IMG/VR virus record: IMGVR_UViG_3300020045_002218
Coordinates: 32,001 to 96,000 of that record
DNA from: a virus
DNA: 64,000 nt
Strand: one strand, 5' to 3'
Part shown: one piece after another, positions 48,098-60,000 of the stretch
Layout of the letters: each line of letters opens with the position of its first letter
Numbering within the stretch: the first letter of the stretch is position 1
The notes under the pieces: model-generated
What the model was told of the DNA's origin: nothing
What the model saw: the letters and a program-made list of their open reading frames with translations, nothing else
Databases searched by the model: none
Made by a program: the position numbers and the translations under genes

Positions 48098-51000
48098 ATG
48101 TCTTCTACATTTAGGGGTTCAACTTTTGATAGTTCTTCTTTTGATAACAATACTGACTTGGTACATCAAAAGAAAACAAGTCTATTAGATAAAGTATTTC
48201 AAAAGAGAACTGATTTAGGATTCAGTTCAGCTAATTTAAAGGATAGATCTGTAGAAGCATTGGATGCTGATACAGTTAGAATTAATCCTAGTGTAGCAGA
48301 TAAAGCTTTTGATCCTATGGTTAAACCAGTAGATGTAAGACTTAAAAGTAATAACTTTGGTGAATCATTTAATGCTTTTGAGACTTCTCATGATAATGAA
48401 GATGATCCTGAAGTAGCTGCTAGATTACAAAAACAAAGAGATACTATTGATAATGAATGGACTCATGGTTGGTTTAATCCAGCTACAAACCAAGATGTAT
48501 ATGATAGAGGTAATGCTAGTAAACAAGTATTAACAGATAAGCTTAAAACAGTCAATGAAGGTAAAACTGGATTAGACTTTGCTTTAGGTGAAAAAATTCA
48601 ATTAGACAAATTTGGTAGACCATTAGGTGATATGAAATTCTCTAATGAGGATGTATCTGCTATTGATGCTATGAATACTCCTGAGTTAAATGCTTCCTAT
48701 AACACACCATATAACTTTGCTAAAGTAAACAAAGATGGTGGTGGATTAATAGATACAGCTAAAGACTTTGCAGGTACTCTTTTAACTAAAACACCTACCG
48801 TATTAGGTAACATAGCTGTTGGTACTCATGGTTTAGCTTCTGCAATGGTTAATGCACCTACACAGGCACTAGGAAATATTGTAGGTGGTGATACTGGAGA
48901 CAGCATTAAAAAGTTTGGTGATATAGCTAGTACCTATGAGTTACAAAATATTCTTCAAAATAGAACTCATTATGCTAAACCTTTAGTAGATGCTTTACCT
49001 ATATCGGATGAGGCAAAAGACACCTTAAACAATCTTAAATATGAACCAAATAGATTAGATGCTACTACTGATAAGCTATATCAATCTGATGCTTTAGCTA
49101 AGTCAAGACAGGATTCTGAATACAGATCAAACCAAACACAAAGATTAAGGGATGAATTAGGGTATAAACCAAAAGGTGTATATGAGAGTGCTATGGCACT
49201 CTCTTCTGATGTAGTGGATTCATTACAGGCATTTGTAGAGAATCCTAGAGCAACACTTACACATGATTTACCTGCTAACATAGCTCAATTAGCTGTACCT
49301 ATTGGAGTTACAGGAAGAATTGTAGATAACATAGCTATGAAAATTGCATCTAAAACTTCTGGAGGAGTTGTTGATGGTGTAATTACCCAAGTAGGTAAAG
49401 ATGCAGCAACTAAATATATTAGTTCTGCTCCTGTACAAAAACAGTTATTAGCTATAGGTGGTTTAACTGAAGGTACTCAAGCAGCATCTTCTATTGTAAA
49501 TCAGGCAGAAGAAGCTAATGTATCTCCTAGTCAGTATTTAGCACCAGCTATTGTAGGAGGTGTTGTTACAGGTCTTATTGGTACTGGTTCAAATAAATTA
49601 CTTGGTGCTACAGCAGCAGATGCTCTAGTTGGTGTAAACAGAGTTAAAGGATCTGCATTTACTAAAGCTCTTAAAGCGTTTACATCAGAAGGGATAGTAG
49701 AAGAATTTCCACAATCGGTAAATGAACAGTTAGCTACAAATATTGCATTAGGAAAAGAAAATGTAATAGAAGGTGTAGGTCAAGCAGGTGGTTCAGGAGC
49801 TATTGTTGGTGGTCTATTAGGTGGAGGTATGCACACACCTATATTGTTACAGGATGTTCTACAAGCTCGAAAAACACCTTCAGTTGAACCAACATCCGTC
49901 TCAGAAGAGAAACCTTCTACAATCGAAGATTTGACACCTTCTAAGGTAGATATTAAAGCTTATGAAGATTCAGTTAATAACATTACAGATGACAACAGAC
50001 AAGAAGTTATAAACCAAGGTATTAAAGATTATCCTGTTGACGGTACTTTACCTGAAAAGATTCAAATGGCTGTAGCCATTGGTAAAGCTAGAGATGGGTT
50101 TAATTCACCAGAGCATGATGCAATATATAGACAAATTAATGCAGAAATTCAATTACAGAATTTTGCTAAAGGAATGCCTAACTTCAATGATGTAATTTCT
50201 GATCCAAATACTTCAATTGAAGATATTCAAGATAATCTTATTACAGGTGCAGTAGATTCTACATCAGAGAATACTGGCTCATTATTTAATGATATTGGTA
50301 GAACTAAAGATGAGGATACATTAAATATTCTTAAAGATATTTCTATAGCTAAACAAAAAGAGTATGCTGAAAGTGATACAGTAAATGATCCTTATGTATT
50401 AGTTACTACAGGTATTGAAACTAAAAACTTACCTAAAGAATCTTCTGAAGTATTCTCATCTATTACAAGGAATGAATATACAGACTTAAATCAAGGATTA
50501 ACTTTATTATCTAGTCATGTTAAATCAGCTACAACACCAGAACAAAAGAATACTGGTATATCAGCATTAACTAAAACTATCTCTAAAGTATATTCAGATA
50601 AAGTAGATATTACTTCTGCTACAGAAAGATCAGTTAAACAAGCATTAAATACTATTAATGGTTTAGTTAATAACAAAGGTACTATTACTATTGAACCAAG
50701 TGATACATTAGAACAGATTCACAATAAGATATTACCTACATTTGGTTCAACTCCTATTAAAGGTAGTTCTAGTAATCCTAAAGCAAATGCTTTTATAAAA
50801 GCTACTAATAAAGTATTACAAGGCGCACAAACATTATCTAAATTCTTAACACAAAAATATGTAAATGATAAAACCACAGGTGAAGTACATCAAGAAATAA
50901 TTGATGGTAAAGGTGAGAAATTAAGTGTACTAGACCATGCTACTATTATTTCTGGAAAGATTGCAGATACAAATTCTGATGAAGAATCAGTAAATAGGGC

Positions 51001-54000
51001 ATTTAATAGATTTACTAACTGGGTAGACTTTCATACACAAAAAGCAGAATTATCTACTGCACTAGGAGCTATTCCAGAATCTAATAAGAAAGCTCAACAA
51101 ATAATTGAAACAGCATTAGAAACTTTACAAGGACAAGATACTTTTAAAGAATTTAAGAGTAATCCAATTATATGGACTAAAGGATTATCTAGTTTAGCTG
51201 AGACAATGAATGCTGAAGTATTTTTCATGCAGAATACTCTTGATACTTTACAAGAATTAAAAGATGCTAGGTTTGGTTCTAAAAATACTGCTACACAAGT
51301 AACCTCTACTGCTGAAAGTATCTCTCAGACTGATGAGAATGCCCTAGATTTAACGAATGTAAATCAGGAAGATACTATTGAAGAAATCAATATGGATGAT
51401 ATTCCTGAGAAATCAGTAACCTCTAAAGAATCTTCATTTAATGAAGAACAAGAAAAAATTTATCAAGATTATGAAGCTGAACAAGATTCACAACAACAAG
51501 CTCAAAATGAGCCTACAAGCAACGAAATAAGTAAATCTGAAGAAGTTATTACCTCAGAAAAGAAAGCTTCTGTAACAGTATCTACAGAGCTTACAGAGGT
51601 ATCTTTGGATAATGAACAGACTCAAGATTTACTTGAAGTACCTTTACCACCTGAAGATACTAAAAATTATTCAGAGTTAATTAATAGAACGTATTTCCCC
51701 TTTAGTACAGAAGAACAACTTAAAAGTATTAGAATATTTTTCTTTGCTAATGCTCTAAAAAATAAGATACCTGAAGCAAAAGCTAGATTTTTGTACTTAC
51801 AAGAGTTAGCTACAAATAATAAAGATACTATTAATGAGACATTTGATTTACCTATCTGGCGTTTTGATATTATAAGACCATATTCTTTAACTCATAAATG
51901 GAAAGATGGTAAGTTAGTATCTAAAACTAGAGCAGTAATTACTTCCTTAATAGATAACACAAAGCAATTCTTTAGTGATTTATTTAATATTAAAAATGAT
52001 AATTTATTTAACAGAATTCCTAATTTATTGGAACATATCCAACAAAATAAATTAGTAAATAATGATAGCTTAGATGCAATAGTTAAGTTTCATACTGATT
52101 TTGTTAAAACATTTGAAGCTAATATTAACCCTGAATTACTTAAAGAAAGTTTATCTGATAATGCTGCATCATCATTATTTGTATATGATCCTAAAAAAGG
52201 TAAAACATACCTAGAACCAAATACTTTATTTGCTATGAGTCTTGGTTCAATACAGTTTTTACAAACAGCACTATCTACGGTTTATAATGATGATGATGCT
52301 ATTAGAAGTATTGTTGGTTTAAAAGAAGGTGACAACTTACCCGCTTATGTAAGAGATTTATTAAGTGATAAAGGTTCTGTAGCTAACATAATGAAGAATC
52401 AATTAGGAGCTTCTTTATCTAAGTTGTTAGGTGTAACATATAAACCAGATACTACATTACCTCAAATCGAAGGATTTGAAGCTTCATTAGGTGCTTATGC
52501 TTTAAGAACTCTTATTGATATAAAATTACTCGAAGAAACTCAAATTGAGAAATCTACTATTAATGCTATGAAGAATCAACTTGAAGAAGGAACTCTTCCA
52601 GGAAACCAAAAGACACAAGATATAGTAAATAAACTTTACATTGGTGCAACAACCTTTGTAAGAGTAGCTGCACAAAAGAATATTGAAACAGGAAGACCTG
52701 AAGTAAAATCTGAAATTAAAGAACTACTTGAAGCTATTAAACCAGCAAGTAAAGAATTAGATGATTTACTTAATACAACATTTTCAGAAGCATTACCTTC
52801 AGGTAGTAAAACTTCCTTGAAGGCTTTAAAAAAATGGTTAGGTAAAACTTGGCAAGGTTCTAATGCTGAATATACAGAAGCAGAATACAAAGCAATAAAG
52901 AAGTATAACGATACTGCATATACAGCAGAAACTAAAGCTATGAATGCTGCTTTAATATTAGATGAAGAATTTATTAAACAAGTAGCTTTAGGTGAACAGT
53001 ATACTGATGTAGTTCAAAAACATTTTGAAAAGACTAGAGCAGGTAAAGAATTACAAGCAGAGAATGAGTACAAGTATTTGATGGATTCCTTTGATGTATT
53101 TAAAGAACATGGTTCACTTTACTTCTTATCTAAGTTTTGGAAACAAGGAAGAGTAGGTATGGAGAAAGGACCGCAAAACAGTAAAATGATGAGATGGTTA
53201 TTTGCTCCTAAAGGTGTTGAATATGAAGTTAACTTATCTAACAAAGAATCCTCTAAATTCTTTAAATTAGCTGTTGTAGCAGCATTTGGTACAAAGATAG
53301 ATCAAATATTAGATACAGCCTTAGATAAAGAATTTGATGCCTTACTGGTCAAATATAAAGATGTCCTAGAAGACTACTCTAAAACTAAAGGATATACAGA
53401 AAATGTAACACAAGAAATGAAAGATACTCTTCTTGATGCTATATATGCTGGTAAAGAAGGATTTCATAGTTATGCTGGATTACTTGAATTAGCCCATTAC
53501 AATGAGAATAAAGATAAAGGTAAATTTACTTCTCAGTTAATGAGAGAAGATGATGGTATTACTAATGGTCCAGCAATAGGATGGTTACTCTTTAATGGTG
53601 GAGATAATAAAAGAGTATTAGATGGATTTGCTATCTTTACAGATAGTCATGAAGATACATTTACTACTCACATGGCTAAAGAAGGTAGTGCAGATAATTA
53701 CAATCTTATGGGTCAAAAAGCTAAAGAGAACCAAGTAATTGTTAATAATAAATTAGAAGAGTTAAACACTTACTTAACAGAGAATCCAACTGTAAGATCT
53801 TCTATATTTAGAATTAAATATTATGATAAAAAGAACGGAACAGACTCTTTTAATGCTTGGTTCTATAAACAAGGTTTAGGGGATATGTTTGCTACAAATT
53901 CTTATGAGTTTGGTTTATTACTTAATGTTATTGAAGAATCTAAAACTCTTATAGATACCAACGAAGGTAAGAAGAAAGCTAATTATAAAGAGAATTTACA

Positions 54001-57000
54001 ACCTACTCTAAATGCAATTCATTCTATGGTAGGGGAGTTAAATAGATCATTTGCTAAGATGCCTTTAATGACGCTTATCTTTGGTTCGGGTATTAATAAG
54101 ATTGCTAGTAATATTGGATATATTGCTATTGATTCTATGTATGAAAAGATTCAAAAGGTTATTAGAAGTAAACCAAAGAACCAAGAAGAAATAGATGCAC
54201 AGAGAATATTACTTAAAGAAATAGAAGATAATATTATTGAGCTTACAGGATATGATATTCCTTTACCTTTAAACGAAGATAAAGAAGAAGATGCTTCTCT
54301 TTATTCTAATTCTGTTGCAGAAGATTACGATTCAACATTAGCTGCATATTCTATTGAAGCTCTTAAGAATTTTAAATTACCTATTTATGTAGAAAAGAAA
54401 TTAGCTAAACAAATAGCTAATGTTTATGTACCTATTATTAGAGCTTCTGTTAATGCTAACTTTCAAACATTTATTGATAACAGAAAAGCTATAAACCAAA
54501 TATATGATATAGGTAATACTGTACTTAAAACACATATAGAACATGAAGTATCTCTTGTTCTTAAAGATGGTTTAACTAAACAGAAGTTATTAGATATTTT
54601 TGAGAAAGCAGTTAAGCTAATGCCTTCAATGAAAGTACCTAATTTTGATGGTACTGAGAGAGAAATATTCTATTGGAATAAAGATGAATCTAGTTCTACT
54701 ATGCCTGAATTTAAGGTACAAGTAAAACGTAAAAAGAATAAAGAAATACTGTCTTTTTCTTATTTAGATGATAACGGTGAGGTACATACAAGTAAACCAG
54801 TAATACTTAACAGTTCAACTGATACAGGTCATGCAGTAGGTATATTACTTGAAGCTATAGGTGTAAGAACACCTATTATGACTATTCACTATACAGATTC
54901 TTTACCTGTTAAAGAAATAATGAACAGTAACTTAATATCTACTATGGTTCATGATGCTAGAATTGGTGCAGCAAATACTTCTGATGAAGGAAGTTATTTG
55001 ATGAATAAGAAGTTGCTTGAAAGCATTAATTTACTTAATCCATTTAAACAAGCAACAGATTATTTACAACAAGTATTTGATAACTTACCTAAAGGAGATT
55101 CTAAACTATCTAGTAAATTAAAAGATGCTTTAGAGAAACCTTTAAAAGAAGCATTTAAGAATAAACAAACTGTTCCTCATGTACAACAAGGTAAAAGAAA
55201 GGTAAGTCCTTTAGTCTATAACAAAGAAAATTCAGGTAAACAATTTAAAGATTATTTAGGCTATTTAAATGAATGGGTGAAATACCAAACAGGTGTAAAA
55301 AATGAGATAGCTAAGTCTATTAAAGCATTTGGTAACTATGGTGGTAATGCTACATTTAAACCTCAAATGGTTGAAGCTGTTAAACAAGACAATTTCAGAG
55401 AATTAGTAGCAGAAGAGTTTAAAGATGTACTAAAGAATATCTCTTTAGGTAAAGGAAATAAACCGTTAAACGATATAACAGATAAGCTTATAAATCTATA
55501 TACACAAGTAAATGTTGTAGAAACACTGCAAGAGTTTATTAATAGAATAGATACTCTTGGTTTAACTATTGAGCAATTCAAACAACATCAAACCAATATT
55601 GAGAATAAAATATTAGGTACTTCTAAACAAGAAACTAAAACTAAACCAAATAAATCTAATAAAGAAGAAGTAACTAATTCAACAACTCAAACTAATGGGG
55701 ATAAATTAGTAATATTACCTATAGGTACTTCTGGTTCAGGTAAATCTACTTGGATTAAAAGTCTTAAAGGTGAGTATGTAATTATTTCTCCTGACGAAAT
55801 GAGAGTTGAATTCACAGGAAGTATGGATGATAAGTCTCAAGATAAAGAAATTTATGAAGCTGTAAAACAAAGAACTATTAAAGCTATAAATCAAGGCAAA
55901 CAGGTAATTATTGATAGTACAAATCTTCAAAGAGATAGAAGAAGAGACTTTACTAATGCTATTTTACAAGCTATTCCTGATGCTAACGTTGTTTATAAAT
56001 TACTTCCCTTAAATCCAGAATTAGCTAAACAAAGAATTAAAGCTCAAATAGATAAAGGTGAAAATAGAGCAAATGTTCCAGATAGTTCAATTGATAGACA
56101 TGCGGAATTATATAAGGAAATGCTTAATGATATTAAAGATGAGCCTATAAAAGAATTCAAAGAACAAACCAATGAAGATATTCCTTTTATTTTAACTAAA
56201 GATAAAGTACAAAAATTAAAAGAATTTCTAACTAAATACATAAACCAATCGTCTACATATTCTATAAAAGAGGTTCTTACTTTAGTAAATACTAAAGCTC
56301 CAGACTTTAAAGATATGGATATTGTAAAGTATATGTATGGACAGTTACTGTCTACATATTATTCTGATACAAAACAAAAAGAAGATTTTGAAAAAGGTAA
56401 TAATACTCCAGATCAATTTTATGCACATAAAAATTATTGGAATACTAGAAAAGAATATGGACTTAGATTAGTTAAAGACAATCAGTCTGGTAAAGTAAAA
56501 TTACAGAATATTAATAAACAACTTAATGAAAATAATAAACCTCTTGGTTCAACACCTGATGCTAAAGATTTACTTACCGATATAGAAGATTTAAAGAAAG
56601 ATATTACTACTGAGAATATAGTATCTGAATTTGATGCTATGCCTAAAGGTGATGATGAAACACATAACACATTCTTAAGAAATTTTGTGTCTCAAGTAAT
56701 AGCTCCAGTAGTAGAAGCAACTGAATTACTTCTGTTTAGTAAAGCTACATATACCTATGGACAGTATTCTGCTGAGTTAAAGAAAGTAGCTATTAACTTA
56801 GGTCAAGCATTACAAGAACAATACTCTCCATTTAAGATGTCTGCTCAAGAAGTATTTGCCCATGAATTCTCTCATGCTGTTACTTGGACTGCATATCAAA
56901 TGCCTAAGAATGGTACCCTTAAAAGAAAGATTGATAGTTTATTTTATAATGTAAGAAGAGAGTTTAATAAAGCTAAATTAATAGATACATCTTTAGCTAA

Positions 57001-60000
57001 TTGGGATTATGTATTTAATAATGCTGATACTATAAAAGTAGATAATGCTCCTAATTCTTTAGGAGAAGTAACAACTACTTCATACGACAGAGGTATTCAA
57101 GAGTTTATTGCTTTTGGTACTACTAACAAGGAATTTAGAAATCTAATTAAAAGACTTCAACCTAAACAATTAAAAGTAAATCAAGTATATGAAGGTACTG
57201 GTTCAGATGTAATTAAAGAAGCTTCTTGGTTAGAAACAATAACTAATATTTTTAAAAAAATATTAGATTCATTTATGAGAATAGCTAAAGGTAATGATTA
57301 CCTTGAACCATTAACTCAGTTTGATACTAATGTAAGGCTTATATTAGCTGCTAATATAGATAAACCTTTTATTAATATTACTGCTATTACAGATAAAGTA
57401 GAAGCTGAAGTAGCTAAAAAGACTAATGAAGGTTTTAAAAAAGGACTTAGAATCATTGCTAAAGGTAGAAATTCTAAAGTTCAAGCTATTAGAAGTGCCG
57501 CTAAATTAGCTGATGCTGTACCTGCTATTGGAGGATTTCAAACTAATCAAGTAGTAAGACAAACTCTTAAATTAATTACTAATCCAACAGCTAGACAATT
57601 TGCTTTAGACTTAGTTAAAGATATTGCTGATGTAAATGAAAATAGTAAACCAATAACTAATACAACTATTCAGCAGAAGACAGCAGATGCTGATAGAAAT
57701 AAAGCTACAGATTCTGATGAGAATAACTGGAGTAAACGAGTTACATTAAACCATGAACAAGATATAGCTTATAATAGTGTTCTTGTTAGAGGAGATTATG
57801 AGAGTCTTAATGATGCTTACGGTAATGATGCTATTAAGCTATTAAAGGATAAATCTTTTAGAGATAAAGAGATTAAACTTATTGAAGATCAAATATATAA
57901 CTTAAAAAGTAAAGCTCTTAACTTAGCTAATCTAATGGTTCATGGTAAGAATATGTTTAATGGTATGACAGAACATAATGCTGTACTTATTGCTAAACAA
58001 GGTAGAAGTATCTCTCAAGATAAGTATCAAAAAGAAATAGATTTAGTAACTAAACTAAGCAGACTTTATGCTATTGGTTTACAGGATGAAAACCAAGTAA
58101 ACCAAATAATATCTTTATTAGAAAGTAATTTTGATGGTATGAAACAAATGCTTAAAGTTCATAAAGAACTTAAGAAACAGCAGTTATCTGAAATAGATGC
58201 TCTTACTGTTATTGATGGTAAAACTCATACGACATTAGATCCAAACAAAACAATATTTTTAGGTACTAAAGAAGATGAAAAACATTTAGTATCTGATTGG
58301 AAAGCTAAAGTAATAGGTAGATTAGAAAGAGATCCTAATGATCCATTATCTACTGAAGGTATTTTGTATTTAGTAGATGTTAAAATGCAAAATGATTGGG
58401 ATGCTAAAGCTATGGCTACTACTGATATTACACCTGGCTCAAGTAATTTTCAGTCTGGTATAGTTAAAACCGATAGATTTAAAGCAGAAGAAAATAGAGA
58501 GAAAGCTAAACTTAAAGAAGATGGTACTAACACTAAAAATCATATATTTACAAGAAATAATTCTAATGTATCACGAGTAGCTATTCATAATGCTCAAGGT
58601 AAAATTATTAGATATGAATATATTCTTGATAGAGAAACACAAGAAAAATATCTTAATCCAAGAATAAATGTATTAAGGGACTTAGCTGCACAAAAGAATG
58701 GTACTGCATATAGAGCTAAAGCTTATGAGTTAAATCATAAGTTAGTGGATGCTCTTTTTGATTACTGGAAGAAATTAGGACATGATGCTAGAAAGGATAT
58801 GATTTGGGTTGGTTCAGATAGTAAGTATAGTGATTTATATAACACTATTCCTACGGAAACTAAAGAATATATTACTAAAATATTTGGTACTAAAAATGGA
58901 TTTTATATGGCAGAAGAAGAACTGCGAGAAGTATTTGGATACAGAAAACAATCTATAACTAATTGGATTCAACCTGTACAAGCTGATAATTTGAAAAAAA
59001 CTATAGGAAACATGATCTATGAGCAAGCTAAAAGATTTGGTTTAAACCAAGCTAATATTAAAGCTATAGAAACTATGTGGATTGAAGGTATAGCAATAGC
59101 TAAAGATACTATTGTTGTTAAATCTGGTGTTGTATCAGCAGCTAATGAATCAAGTAACTTTATGACTGCTAAGTTAGCTGGTGTTCCTATTGGATTCTAT
59201 TATAAAAATAAAATATCTGCTATGAAAGCAGAACAGGAATACAGAAGAAATTCTCATGCTTACTTATCTCATTTAAGTAATGCTTATGGTAATCCAGAAT
59301 ATATTACTAAAGAGATAGCTCAAGAAATGAGTATTCTTGAATCTGCATTATCAACTAATGAAATGAGTTATTTACATGATGAAGGATTAGCTTCAACAGT
59401 AGCTGAAGAAGGTTCTTATAAAGATAAACATCAAACCATGTTATTTAATAAAACTGAGAGAGCTAGAAACATATTTGATAAATTACCTAAAGTAGTTAAA
59501 GATACTCTTAAAATAGCATCAATATCTGAAGGTACTAAGATATATAAACTATTAGATGAGATAGCTCAAATGGGTGATATTACATCACGTCATGTATTAG
59601 TTAAATGGGAAGAAGAGAAAGCTAGACAACAAGGTAAAGAGTTTGATAAGAATAAAGCTATAGACTTATCTAAATTCTTATTTATCCAATATCACACAGT
59701 TACTAATGACTTGGTTCAATATGGTAATGATATTGGTTTGTTAATGTTTACTAAATTTGCTGTTAAGACACTCAAAGTCTTAACTTATATGGTAGGACAA
59801 CACCCTGCTAGATTATTAGCACTAGGTATCTTTGAAGAGTTATTTGCTACTACAGAGTGGATATGGCATACAAGTATGAATAAGTTAGCTAATCCAATTA
59901 CATCTGCTTTAGCTACTATTGATGCAAATCCAATAGTAAACTTATTAGTAACTCCTCCTGCTTATATGCCACAAGAAGTATTAGGGGCATTAAGTACACT

